From NCBI GenBank assembly GCA_964035545.1, contig OZ037767.1, positions 12,633,801 to 12,697,800 of the forward strand: a stretch of DNA of 64,000 nucleotides, given 5' to 3'. The position numbers were made by a program, and so were the translations under genes. Of this stretch, positions 14,101 through 50,393 are shown piece by piece (the stretch's first letter is position 1; every line of letters begins with the position of its first letter). The notes beneath the pieces were generated by a model. The model ran no database searches, was not told the origin of the DNA, and saw only the letters and a list, made by a program, of their open reading frames with translations. The DNA is from Bugula neritina (lineage: Eukaryota > Animalia > Bryozoa).

Positions 14101-15946
14101 ATATCTATTCTACCAGTTATTTTATAAATTTTCACAGAGTGATTGAAGGTGATAAAGGAATGTGACAATGGCACCAGCATTTGTTGCTGTATCATAAGAT
14201 AACATATCTCATAGACAATTGACTTATTCATACAACTTCTCCAACACAACTAATTTCTTTCCCAGTATTCTATGTACAAGTGTTTTAAAAATTAGGCATA
14301 AAACTAAACTTGTATATAATTTTTATAAACCAATAGACTTCCAACTAACAGAAACACCAAAAATATGACAGTGATGCGAATTGCATCCAAGATCATGACT
14401 ACAGGAATAGCTACATCTAGGATGGCACTGTAGTTATACATGAACTTTCAGTTAGAAATGCTAGTCACTTTTAACACACTTCAACAGAAACTGGCTTATT
14501 CAACTACTGATGCTTCCGTGCTAATTATATAAGCTTGTGGATGTATCCTAAATATACAACACATTCTTCAATAGCTCCAAGAAATATCAAAACGCAATAT
14601 TGGGAAATAAATATTTCAATGCAAGTCAATTGCAGATTACATAATTCAGGAAAACTGATACACAGCTCTATTATTATTACTGTCTATCATAACTATCAGT
14701 ATGAGTATCAGTATTATATAGTTATATCATTATCATTATGAATATGTTCATGTCAGCAAATAAAGCCACAAATAAAAATGACTAGACATTAAAATTTAAT
14801 GAGAATAATATCGAGCTTAAGCTGTTCATAATCATTATTATAATAACTTTTCTCCAGTTATACTATATATTTATAAATCCAAATCTACACCAAAATTTAA
14901 TAAAGATTTACTCAATTAAATTTAATGAATTAATTATGACTACTTTCACGGTCACTTTGATGGCCTGTACTCTAAATCTATTGGTATTACTAGTATCATT
15001 ACATTGTCATTAGTATTACTGATACTATTAGTATTACTATTAAAGTACTACTTTTAGTATTATCACTTATTAGTATTAGTATTACAGTAAAACTAAAGGA
15101 TAAAGGTAATAGTAATACTAATACTAATAGTATTACTATTAGTATTATACTTACAGTATTACTATTACTATTTGAGTATTTCGCATTTGATATTATCAAA
15201 TTTAATATTATTAGTATTGCTAAAAATATATAATTAATTATAATATTAATATGAATATATGTCTATGACTATTGTCTATTAGTCCCAGACTAAGAGTTAG
15301 ACTAACAACTAAGACTTATCAATATCTGTTATCACCCTGCAGTCTGTGAGTTTAAAGCGAGAGTTGCAGTTACACTTACTGTAACTGTTAGTGTTACTGT
15401 TAGTTTTACTGCTAATTTCACTAATAGTAATACTTAGTCTTTTGTATTATACGTATACTTAATAACTTGTAGTTATAGCCTAGTAATATTTCTAGTAGTA
15501 GTAGTTTTAGTTTAGTGAGTAATAATATTAATTATAATTATACTTGTAGTTGTAGTGAACTTATAGTTATACTATACAAAATCAAACTCAAATTCTCAAT
15601 AGAAATTTTTAGAACTTACATGACAGTAAATAATACTAATACTCAGTATTACTAATAGTAATACTAATAGTAATAGTTATGCTTATAATTATAGTAATTT
15701 ACTAATAGTAATACTAATAGTATTAGTAATAGTATTACTGTAATAGTAATTTAGTAATTCAAATTGTACTCCAAATCTTTTATCCGCTCACTAGTACTAC
15801 TGTGACACATTCACAATTAAATGCGTTTTATCACATTCGGTAAGCTCATTTACAAAGTACTAAATAATTCAGTTTCCAAGATAAGTTAATCCCTGGCAGT
15901 TTGAGAAGTAGTACCAGACACTACACCTAGTAGTACTAGGACTGTA

Positions 15947-15947
15947 C

Positions 15948-15987
<40 letters not shown>
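15947..15987. repeat. (TAG)n microsatellite at the end of a degenerate TAG/TAA-rich zone (about 14985-15990)
   Basis: Seen directly in the sequence. Confidence 0.9.
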
Positions 15988-16149
15988 TTCATTCTTTACT
16001 TTGTCATTGGTTTCATTTCATAAAAATTATAGTCCAATATTGTAGTCATCTGCGCTTTGGCATATTATGATGTGATTCTATGCAGGTAAATTTCTCACAA
16101 TTCGTTTGTGGGTGAACTCTCTACTTGTAAAAAACCTGTGCAACAACTA

Positions 16150-16225
16150 TTTGCAGATTGGCCAATTGGAAAAGGCAATACATATTCTCTGGCAACCGCA
16201 CTTGATTGAAAGATGGCCGCCTTAA
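16150..16225. promoter_or_regulatory. Promoter of the WDR49-like gene, possibly bidirectional with talin
   Basis: Overlapping inverted CCAAT boxes (GATTGGCCAATTGG, 16156-16169), an RFX X-box-like ATTCTCTGGCAAC (about 16184-16196) and a YY1-like AAGATGGCCGCC (about 16210-16221), all within 130 bp upstream of the ATG. Confidence 0.55.
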
Positions 16226-16279
16226 TTCTGACTTCGTTTACTATCGAGTTGTAAAAACATAAGATCGTAAAAAGTTAAT

Positions 16280-38624
<22,345 letters not shown>

Positions 38625-41011
38625 CATTGCATTGTGTCTCACATCATATTCAGATATTATAATAAGTTTTTAAGGAGTTCTTTTAAAGGGGTAGTTTTTG
38701 CTTCTGTCTGTTATTTTATTAAACCAATCGATTTTGTAATATTTTTGAATTTTTTAAAATTCCCACCACGATTATATTCCAGACTTGGAAACATTCCAAA
38801 AATTATATATATATATATTATATATATATAATTGTTTATTAACATTTCCATTATTAATAAAAATTTGTTGTAAACCAGCTTTCTAAAAGCTGGTTTGTTG
38901 AAGCACCAAATTCTTTTGAAGTGAAAAATTTCTTCCCTAACATAATCAGCCATAGCTGTGTATTTATTGAATGCATTTTATTTTTATGTCACTTTATTTC
39001 TGACAACTAAGTGTTTGATATACCTACTTTGCATTCCAACTGTCATTCCATTGGAGGCAGTGAATTGTATTTTTCTAGCATTTTTAAAGAATTTACGTCA
39101 ATGTTTATGTAAAGCCATTTATTTTCATCTAAATTTGCACTGTTTTATGTGATGTTTGATATCAAAGAAATATTCAAAATAATTATTTATTATGTACTGT
39201 GATAATTTATAACTTTTGTTGGTTCTCACATTTTTATATGCCAATAGTTCTGTCCGAATTATATAATAAATTTTCAAATCTTATTCAGTGAAGCATTGTA
39301 TTATACACAATGTAACTACTATGCACATGAAACAGTGGTGTAGGTTGTACTATCTCAATATTTGGTGGCCAAAAAACACAACTTTATCTCTTGATTAGGT
39401 TACTGTACACTGCATAGTGATAGCCCTCATTGAGATTGGTTAATTGTATTTGTTATTTTGTAGTTTCTATATATTATAGTTTATAGTGTGTCTATATGTT
39501 TCATATAGTATATATATTATAAGGATAAATATGGCATTGAATTCGGCCTAGCTGTCACACAAAGCACTAGAAATCTAAATCTTTAGAATAAGCTGATATA
39601 TATGTGACCTAGGTGTACACATATAAATAATTATCAATTAAACATTTTAAAGTAAGCAAATAACCTTCTATGTAGAGGCCTCAAATAGTTTAAATACATC
39701 ATCTATGTTAGCAAAATAAAAGTTTTAAATATCAATTAACATTACATTAGATTATTTACTTATAAATTCTAGCAGATTTCCTGTTCTTTTGCAAAAACAT
39801 GCAATGTATGTATAAAAAAAAATTGTCACCACAATGGATGAACTTCTAGTTGTGTAGTTGAAACCAGGCAACCTGAATTGGTAGCTTGCAAGCAAATCCT
39901 ACTGCTACCATCCAAGGCCATTGCATTAAATATTTATCAAGGTAATAAAATATATATGAAGGCAGTTGACTGGCATTTGCTGTCCACGTGAAACCAGCAT
40001 CCATTCTGAATCAGCTGATGATAGTAAGGAAGTTAACATTTAATCCAGTTTGCCTTCTTCCATATCCTCACACTCTTTCCTCACCAGGAGGCCATCGATT
40101 TCTTTTTAGAAAGTACTCACCCTCACAAACATGTTTGCTGCCTACATGTTGGAAAAAGAAAAACCTGCTGCCAATCACATAAGGCTCCTAATTATTGAGT
40201 GCCATTTTCATTATGTTCCAAAATCTATAATGGATTTTTTATTCAATGCATGGGACAGTGTCCATCAAATAAAACCACAATCATAGGTTACTGCAACCAA
40301 ATAAATCTTATACAATTTATTTAAAACCCGGGAATGTAGTGGTACAAAGTTTTAGAAATAACCAAACCCAATCTTTGTAATCTACACTATTTCACAACTA
40401 AAATGTTTAAAGCAACATTTTCACACATGACTTGTAAATTGATTGGCTTATTTTGTCAAAATATAATTTACAGCTGAAGAGATTTCCATTTTATTTAAAA
40501 ATAGATGCTATATTTCAAATATTGTCCTTTGATTGATTCACAGAAATTTACTAATAATAAATATCTATATTTAAAAGAATTTAAAAATAGTTGAGTTTTT
40601 AATTTATGGTTACAATTGGCACTGCATTGAATGTACGAACAAACATTTGAAAAGACTGTTAATATAATAACGCTATCCATGGCAACAAAGCCTTTTGGAC
40701 CACAACCACCAATGGCCAAAACTAATTATTATTCATGCGTGTAATTAAAAGTTACTACAACTGTTAGGAAATGTAGGTAAATGAAAATAACTAAGTTACA
40801 CAGCATTGATAGGTGTATATTTAAATTTGTTATGTACAAATGTGACATGGTATAGTGGTAAAATAAATATATTTTCATAAATCTACTACTTCACAGAATT
40901 TCTATAATTTAGAATGTTTTGAAAGCTTATGGTTCATTTGACATAAAAGTAAAACACTGTCCTATTTGTGGAAAATGTTTCATTTTAGTTACATCTTCAA
41001 AATATTAAAAA

Positions 41012-41019
<8 letters not shown>

Positions 41020-41093
<74 letters not shown>
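41020..41093. repeat. (AT)n microsatellite following a poly-A run
   Basis: Seen directly in the sequence. Confidence 0.97.
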
Positions 41094-41095
<2 letters not shown>

Positions 41096-42431
41096 TTCAA
41101 CTATTTGGTTATTGTCAACTACAAAACAAGTCATTTATTTTGAACTGCTTTGTTTAAAAGACAAAAAAGTGGGCACGGTGATTCACAAATATTTTATAAA
41201 TGTCAAATAGTTATTATAAATTTAGCTTATTATATAGTTTACTGTTGTCATTGAATCTGTTTGCAGAATATGATTATGTATTTCTATGTTATATTCAACT
41301 GTTTTCTAATTTTTAGGTGAATCAAATGGAAGGCAAACACAACTACCTAAGCATACAATTTTGTTATAGCAAAACAAGCCTGGCTTGCTTCAACACATGC
41401 AGATAGACATGCATGTAGCAAAAATTCTTTTCAGTATGGAAATATGATAGATCTCTACTAATTATTAACCCCAACATACAAACAAATGATAATTTTGAAT
41501 ATGGCATTAATTTATCAGACAGTATTTCTCTCTAAACAAAGTTATGTATAGTCTGTTTATTAACTTTATACAATTTTTTACCAGGATTCATCTACTATAG
41601 ATTTAATTCTATTAATTGGCAGTTTTTTAAATAGTCAATATGTTGTTGCAGCTGCGAGAGGAGGTTTTGTGACTAGTCAATTATTTAGGCTTCCCAACAA
41701 TCGCTACCCTAGTAGACGTGCGAGAATATAAAATGCAACCCTACTATTTTACATTTTACAGCATTTTGCAAATGTTGTTGAAATAAATAGTTTGCAGCAG
41801 CATTGAGTTTGGGTAAAGCCTAAAGGTAAAGGGTTTCATATGTTAAACTTATTGCTATTGGCTTTCACATTGCCAGATCTCAAGACTAGGCTTCCATGTA
41901 GTTCTCTGCCACCAACTTTCTCTTAGTTACATACAGGGATTAAGTTAGGTTGATCATCTCATGAATAATACTTTCAGCTAGAAGTTTTAAGATTTATTCC
42001 TTTTTTCCAACTCATTATTTTAACCTTTTAATTGGAAAATCTACACTTATTTATGTTGTAAGAATTTTCGCATACCTTCATTGTATATTAAATGAATAAT
42101 CCAAACCGTACTTGAGCCTTATCATTTTCCCCCTTGTTAAATCCACAACAATGTATAGTTTTTTTAATTATTTATGGAGGCAACACCTTGTAGGCATTTT
42201 AATGAATTATTTATTATTAGTTAATAAAACTCCTCATCTATAGTAATCAATTTAGGTCAGCTAAACTATTACAGAGTTATAAGTGTTGAACTTCTTAACA
42301 AACTAATCAAATGCACTTGTGTATATATACCTTATATTATGACATCACAGTAAATATTCATGTAATGCATGTACAACACCAATCTCAAATTGTGTGTACT
42401 GAAGTATGCACTTTCTACAGTGTAAAATATT

Positions 42432-42505
42432 TGCTCCCACTGGGGTTCGAACTGCAAACCTCCGGCTCCTGCAAGCTGGCATACTAACCATTACACCACA
42501 GGGGT
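42432..42505 (-). mobile_element. tRNA-like head of SINE family B
   Basis: The minus strand reads AACCCCTGTGGTGTAATGGTTAGT...GTTCGAACCCCAGTGGGAGCA, homologous to 23815-23890. Confidence 0.65.
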
Positions 42506-44416
42506 TACTGGTTAATCTAACTATACAGGATGTGCTGTACTTTTCCATTAAACTTAGCTTTAGTATTACTTATATTATTCTAACAGTTTCTTATGTAACA
42601 ATACTCTGCAATGTTTAGGAAGACGAAAATGATCAAATATATTATATATTTCAATCAATAGTCACATCTGGTGCACTCTGTATTATAGGCTACACTTAAC
42701 TATAAGATAAAACTACACAAGTCACAACCAAATATGTGACAGAGAACGTGTGCACAGGAAAGCCTATAGACAAAACAATGAGTTGAGAACAAAAAGTAAA
42801 TAAGCAGAAAGATCCAGCGAATATGCCCATAACAGAGTTTGTTTTTATCCAATACTAGAGAAGCACATTTAACATAAAGTTAAATAAATTCAGTGAATTT
42901 CAACCTTTCAAATAATATAAAAGTTGTACATAACCAAACTACCTTTATTTATGTTATTGAGTATTGCGCATTGAGTACAGCATATACAAGCTGAAAGAAG
43001 ATGCTATTATAATGTTTACTCACGTGTTTTCCTTGGATACATGCCAACGTAGATAGATCATGATAATGGTTTGAAGTGGGTATAATTAGCAACAAGGTGT
43101 TATAATTTTAAATTTAATCATTTGTTTACATGTTTCCCTTGGTTACAGTCAAACTTATATGATTCACTGATCACCTCAATGACTTGCTAATATTTAGAGT
43201 TCCGTACTGCACCACTTCAAAGCTCTTCAAGTTACTCACTCATACGCTGCTGCTTGAAGCTGCTGCCAGGATGATGTGTATATTCTCTAATTACACACAT
43301 AATATTTAAGTAAGTGAAATCATCTTCACTACAAGTATAAATATTTTAGATTGCAGCTGAGGAAAATACAATCGAGTGCATCGTTTCTATTGATTATTAT
43401 ACTCCCACTATACTTAATCTATTGTCACCTGTAATGAAGTAGTGTATGACGATGATTGCAATTCCTTTAATCTGTCCTGAATGTACACTCATAGTCTACA
43501 TTCCGCCTGCAGATGATAAAGCGATCAGGTACAACCGCTAGTGGAGAAAGGATCGGGTGCATTATTGCTCTTCCTAAAGATTTGCCCTTTATTAGTGTTG
43601 AAACCCATGCCAGCTAAAATATCATTTTACCGTATTCTTTTTACTTACCTATTCTGAAAGAGAACTTTCTTCCAAAACGCTTTTATAAAATATGTTTGTA
43701 ACTTTTTCAAATGTTGGAAAAGTTGTTAAAAAATAAATCAGATGCTATAAAAATAAAAGGTATTGGTCTAATTTTCAACTTGATATTTTATATAATGTAT
43801 ATGCTATATCTGAATTAATATAGTAGCAGTACTGTAGCAGTTTTTCTTTAAATAAAGTGATAGAATTAAACATACTGTTAATTTATATTTTTCAGGCAGT
43901 CCTATTAAAAATCTTTTTTTCCTATAGAGCTTCTTCATGTTTTAATAAGGCAAAATATTGTAGAAGTCAATTGTTCACGAGTCCGCTAGTATTTACATGT
44001 ATTTATTAGCATACATTCAAGTATATATAGCTGCGTGATATGCAGACTTTGCCTTCTTCTTGTTATCTTACTCAATGCATATACACAGCTGTAATCTGAT
44101 TTAGGGAGCAGTTTGTTTCAAGCCTGAAAAGGTCAGTCAACCTGTATCATATCTTGTAACATGGAAACTGCCATAATAGTTTAATTTAATTGACTAATAA
44201 ATACTAGAGGCTATTTTTAGAGATGTTATGTAACATTACACTAAAGGTCATGAAGCAACCTGTTATCCTTTTAATATTAGGTGTGCATAAGTGAATTTGC
44301 CTTATACAAGAATCTACAGAAAAACACAGTTCTTGCAATCCTATTTTATTAATCACCTGTTGTTGCTGCTATATTATAATTGAGTTAAAATTAGCTTCAT
44401 GGTAACTGCATGCTAT

Positions 44417-44635
44417 TTAGGGAGCAGCCGTGTTTTAGGGGTTAAAGCATTTGCCTAGGGAACCCGAAGTCATGGGCTGAACCCTAACAAAGGCTATGGT
44501 TGATGTTAGGAAGAGCATTCAGTCATAATTTCTTCTGTGCCTCATTTAAATAAGTCCTTAGCCCGTTTCAACAAAAACCCTTTCTATCAGAGGTTTCTCA
44601 CAGGGATAGCGACTATAAACTTGCGAGAGCTTTTT
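44417..44635 (+). mobile_element. tRNA-derived SINE, family A
   Basis: tRNA-like head GGGAGCAGCCGTG..GGTTAAAGC, core GATGTTAGGAAGAGCAT.CAGTCATAATT and a T-rich tail. Exact 14-bp TSD TAACTGCATGCTAT at 44403-44416 and 44636-44649. Confidence 0.9.
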
Positions 44636-46613
44636 TAACTGCATGCTATCAAATATTCTACCTTTGAATTTTTATAGAGAAAATTTGTAATTTTATTTTA
44701 TCCTAAGCACATGATGAAGTCTTTGGAAGTGTAGAACTTACTATTGATTTAATAAACTCTATCTAACGGCTGCAGAACTTAACAATTTGTATTTTCATCA
44801 AAGAAAGTATGAAACTCTGAGACTGCTTTGTTCTTTAAGTTGGCATTTTTCGAAATGTAGTGTGACAGTTTTGATTTTAGAACTTGACATAAGAGCATCG
44901 ATATAACTTGAGATAAAGCTCAATGTCAAACTTCTCAAGGTGATTATCACTCAAATTATCATTTAATGCACATTTATATGTAACAATGCTTGTTAGTTTC
45001 ACAAGCAGCAGTTAGGAAATAGCTTGTAGCAGCACAAAATGGGTGCAGCGGTTGGGGTTTAGAGTTCCAACACCCATTTCTTTACAAACACTGCAGTCAA
45101 TAACCCCAATTTTGTGCTGCTTTTAGCAATTCCCCAGCAGTTAAAAAGCCAGCTTTGAGTTCTCCTTATGACTGTAACAGGTACACAGGTGAGGTATTAT
45201 TACTTATTTAAACTGAGTTACATTGCAAACAGATGCTGAATTGCTCAACAATGGAGAGTCTCCTACGCGATCAGCTTGTAGGTAGAAGGGAAGACATAAT
45301 GCATATACCTTACATATTTCCGTTCACTCATGGCTTTCACATCAACTTGTAACATCTTTTCTCGTAAAGTACACAAGTTTGAAATATAATGAAATGTAAA
45401 ATTCATGCTCAGCTTTTCAGTAGAGTTTCACAAGTCTATATTTTTTTTGAGTTGGCAGAAGCCAGATATATTAAATAAAGGTTTGAGTTTTAATTCCTAA
45501 ATTAATAGCACATGTGTGAACAAATCAAAGCCAGGTGATATCTGATTTAATTTTAAAGGTTCTACGGCTTAAATTACTTGGCTACTGAAAAACCTAAAAA
45601 GTGAACACCAATATGAAATCATATTGATAAAATTTATTAGAATTTTAAGGATCGGTCTGTGAAAAGGCATATAACGAAAAATATTGTGTTTCATGGCCAT
45701 ACCACATTGTATAGAGTTGCATTAGTTAAAACTAATTAAAAACTATGCAATCCATGCACTTAAAAGAAGTTACTAATAAAACATATGCAGCTATAAAATT
45801 AGCATTATTGTAGACTGTAGTTATATAATGCTGTGATATAAGTTTCAATTTTTAACTTGCTAGTAATTTGTGTCCAAGATTTATGTTGCAGTTAACACCC
45901 AGCTAGATATTCTTTGTTGTCTCACCTCTTATAAATTGAGCTCTATAACTTCAGTTTCCAATAGAAAAATTATTTTACTTACTCAGTGTGTAGCTAAACT
46001 GAAAACTAAGTGTTCAAAGCTGTCCTTTTCAGAATCACACCAAAGCAGTAATATGTTCTTTGAGAATTAAAGATTTATTTATCGCTCTAAAATAAAAATA
46101 ATTAAATATGCAAACTCCACTAAGACAATAATGGCTTATTCTAGCATGTTCCAGGCACTTTTTTTAATAATTTATTCAGCCAATTATTATGAGCAGGAAA
46201 ACCAATAGCTGCCCACAAATTAATACAATCAAATATTAATATAATTTTCTTTGTCAAAGACAATATAAATAATAAATAAAGATTAAATTTAAAATGTAGA
46301 GAGGCAAACCTGAAATGCAAAATCCAGCAATATATAAAAAATATGCATGCTGAGTATGATTGAATTCTTAATTTAGCTTTTTTGCTGATAATATTCTGCA
46401 ATTTATCTCACAGCTATAAAAAAACTTAAACTCGAAGTCGAGTTTACATGCACATAATATTATTATGCACACGTTTATAGATGGTTCGACTAAGGGTAAG
46501 TAGGGTAAGTAGTACTTGGCAGGTCTGTAAGCTATAATAGTTGATAGGTCTGAATGAAACTGATTCATTCGTTAAACTGATTACGCGGGCTGTTGCGACA
46601 TCAGTGATATTGG

Positions 46614-46804
46614 TATATAAACACCTAGCACCTTGCAAATAAATTATTAGATACAGATCGAGTGCTTCACAAATCAACGTTGTATCAGCTCTCAACATTG
46701 CAGAAAGAATAAATTTTTTTGGATAAATCAGAGCTTTACCTACTCATACAGTATACTCAGAGTTGCTATACTTTTGTCATCAACACAATTATTATCATGT
46801 AAGT
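46614..46804 (+). promoter_or_regulatory. Putative TATA promoter and non-coding first exon of the six-cysteine peptide gene
   Basis: TATATAAA at 46614-46621 is followed about 180 nt later by a consensus donor cat|GTAAGT at 46799. This donor could pair with the acceptor at 47723. Confidence 0.45.
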
Positions 46805-47587
46805 ATAATCGATTTTCACTAAGATCAGACATTCCTGAAATATACACACACTTAATTAGCTAAACAGATCTTCCCCTTGTGAAGTTAGGGCTGTCTGAAC
46901 CCATGGATATAATGACAGTACTGATGGTAGGTGATGTTTAGACTGCTCGTTCATTGTGCTTCAAACTCGACTGCCAATACAGTTTCAAAAGAGTACTCTT
47001 TTTCTAACATCACTATAAGTAGATTAAATGCTATTTACTAGTGCCATCATAATTTAGGCTGCCTTCTTAAACATTGGCTTAGAGTAGTTTTTAGGCTTCC
47101 AGAATCATTGGGTTCTTGAAGATATGACAGAGATATGACAATTTAGTAGATCCTAAATTTCGTTTAATTCGAAGGCCTCCTATTTTTTATTACAGTGTTT
47201 AGGTTGCTTTTGCACCAATTGAAGCTAAATCAATAATTTATAGAATAATTCATGCAAAAACAGCCGCAATATTCTAGAGATGATATGAGCCATATACTGA
47301 CTCTCGGTAATAAAATAGACTTGAGCCAATACAGGCAAAACTAATCTTAATTTAAATGCACAGTTCAATATGTAAGATAAAAATAAACAGGCACTGGTTA
47401 TTTTTCTGATGGTCTTTGCAATGTTACAGTATTATGTTGTTTATTCAATACTTTTGACAAATTTAAAAATATTATGTGAGAAGTTATGATAAGTTATTTT
47501 CTACATAAATCTGTATAAAAGAAAAAAAAGCAGAAACCTCCATTTTACTTTATTATATTTTCAAGCCTTTTTGGCCAATGCTCTATT

Positions 47588-47681
47588 CACTCACTCACTC
47601 ACTCACTCACTTACTCACTCACTCACTCACTCACTCACTCACTCACTCACTCACTCACTCACTCACTCACTCACTCACTCA
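47588..47681. repeat. (TCAC)n microsatellite
   Basis: Seen directly; about 40 bp upstream of the peptide gene's splice acceptor. Confidence 0.97.
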
Positions 47682-47751
47682 ACTCATTCAATAATATTCA
47701 AACAAATTCCATTTATGTTTTAGATATTGGTCTTCAGGACTTTAGCAGACC

Positions 47752-48024
47752 ATGACTTTCTGTTTGCTCAACATAATTGCATTAATAGCCTTATATTCAA
47801 TCACTTTGAGTGTATTACGGGTGGATGGAAGAACCATACCAACAATCCATTTAAGTGACGTAGAACAGAACCACTGCAACAACGAGATGATAGTAAAAGA
47901 TGGAAGTCGAACTGTAGACTGCTATTTATGTGGCAGAGTAATGGAAAGTCCGTTTATAATGTCCAGATGTTGTGCTAATCAATTAGAAGTTGTAGCATTT
48001 TGCTACCTGTACTTATATGAATAA
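47752..48024 (+). CDS. Secreted six-cysteine peptide precursor (90 aa), candidate neurohormone with a SISP-like / CHH-ITP-like framework
   Basis: Good start context (gaccATGa), a hydrophobic signal peptide MTFCLLNIIALIALYSITLSVLRVDG, and a mature region with C-x14-C-x2-C-x12-CC-x9-C. A splice acceptor (tttatgttttag, ending 47723) lies just upstream. AATAAA follows at about 48435. Confidence 0.8.
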   Translation: MTFCLLNIIALIALYSITLSVLRVDGRTIPTIHLSDVEQNHCNNEMIVKDGSRTVDCYLCGRVMESPFIMSRCCANQLEVVAFCYLYLYE

Positions 48025-50393
48025 CAGTGAGAGCACAACTCTCACAAACAATATACTCCATTCCATATTATTTTTTTACAAGACAACTCTCAATTCTTAG
48101 CACACAGCTGTGTCAATTGTTAAGTTATTACTGAATTATATATCTTATTATGTTTTTGGTTCTAGTCAAGGTTAGTGCAAATTATTACAATATGTTACAT
48201 TTGTATGTATTTTTATTATCATCTTCAATTTTGTTCTAATTTTCAATTATATTGTTACGTGTTTAATAATTAGAATACTGTTTATAGCTCATATTTACTT
48301 ATTATCAAATGAAAAAGGGAAGGTAATACTGTGTCAGGGATATTAAGATATTCCCATTTTCAAACTGTGCATGTTTTCAAGGCCTTAGAGCATAGTCCCA
48401 CTCAATGCATTCCTCTTCACCAGTATTATTCTAAAATAAAATATATTCATAGAAATTATGAAAATAGATGAACCTGCGTTGTACTGCTCTATAAAAATGT
48501 ATCTGTCGCATATATCAACATCATAATACTGACAGTACAAATTATACACCACTTAAAATAAGAACTGATTATAAGCAAATAAAGTTTAGGTATTTGCTTT
48601 AACACACACGCACCTGCACACACCTAATGCATGCAGCATGTTGAAACATCATGTGACAACAACATGTCACATGGCCCTGTGACATGTTACAAAATCATGT
48701 GACAACTTCTAGATTTTATATTTTGTGTTGTTCAATTCCTACTCAGAGCATTCATGTGTAAAAAGGTTGCATAACATCGATGAGAATATTATTTAAGTCG
48801 ATCATTTAGGAAGGTTTTGAGTAGAATTTATCAGCTCTTTCCAAAAACTTTCATCTAAAATATTTCTCAATATGTATTTGCTGAATTCCAGTAGAGCTCT
48901 TTCAGGGGCCAAGGCTAAAGAAGAACTCGGCTATTTATAATTAAGCAAGTTGGTTAAAGCGGTGCGGAGTTGGTGGTCACTGAACGCATTGGTTAGAAGT
49001 TTAGCTTGAGTTAGGAGTTGGGGTTTGGATTTGGGTCAAAGATTTTTGCAATCAGTTACCCACAACTCTTTGGCGTTGCTTTTAGCAATGTTCATTGCCT
49101 TTACTATTCAAAGCAAGCTACAATGTTAATATAACAGTATATAAGTGTCTAACATTACATTAATATACTGCTACATCCCAGTTTCCACAATTTGTCTTTT
49201 TGTAAATGGAAATATCTAAACTATAAAACATGAATCAATAACCTAATGAATTAATGAAAACCTAATGGAACTGTAGAGAATAACATAATAATATACGGTT
49301 TTTAGAATATAGAAGATTAACAAAAATTCTCATAAATTGTGCAAAGACTTTGAATTTGACAGTTTGTCATTTTATTCTTCAAAGATTTTTTACTCTTTTG
49401 TCAGTTTATTGATCTAAAATATACTACATAAATATGGAAACACATTTATTACACATTTATATACACAGAATCACATTAATCTTCGATATGTGTAAGTTGA
49501 AAAACTAAAGTTTCTAAAATTAGTTGGAGTGAGACATTCCATTGTTTAATTGATCAACATCTTGTAGGCTTATGCCTTGAAGGATAGGCAAGTTGTAATA
49601 TATAGCTTAATAGAATGTGTTTATATTGCTAAGTTTTAAAACAATATGATAATAATGGCTTCTAGCTTAGATGTCTCATCGGTTGATTGTTCACTAAAAT
49701 TTATGTACGTACCTAATACAAATAACAGCTAATCTTACAATTACAACTAGCAACTTAGCTTTTATACAAATACCATGATTTGATTTTTCTGATACTTAAT
49801 TTGTTATAAGTGTTTATGATTAAAAACATCAAATGAACTCTGAAAAATTGCATATTCTTACAACACTAACTCAGTTTACAAGTCAATTAAACTTTTTACT
49901 ATAATTTATAGAAAACATTTTAAGTACACTATTTTAATGAATTTGAAATCAAAAATATAATTTACAATAATTTACGTAAAAGATGAATAAACTTGAAAAG
50001 ATTGAATCTTAAATTTTAGGAATTTTGGCTATTAATGTACTTTTATTTATATAGAAAGATATTAATTATTATGCTTGGTATACAATTATAAAGGCCACTA
50101 GAAAAATACCATGCTAAAGTCTATAAATAAACAACATGAAGCCTCCAACAATAAAATTTTCAACTTTCAGCTTTCACATTATATACACAAACACACTAAA
50201 TAAAACTTGCATATGAGCTTTTGCAATTGATTATACAAGCTAGGTATATAATCCATGTTTACAGTACATATACATGTATACGATAAATACAGTGAGTGTT
50301 GTCTCATAATATATTCATAGGTAAATCATTAAACATATTTTATATTCTACTGAAAGATGAAGTCCTTTTTAATTATAGTTCTAAAGAAGTTAA

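Noticed and set aside
14999-15199. Hydrophobic membrane-like ORFs (also 51859-52053)
   Set aside because: They derive from degenerate TAG/TAA/GAT trinucleotide-rich non-coding sequence.
39200-46600. An additional gene between the WDR49-like gene and the peptide gene
   Set aside because: Only isolated splice-like and TATA-like signals (for example 41727-41830) and no coherent coding frame. A non-coding exon cannot be excluded.
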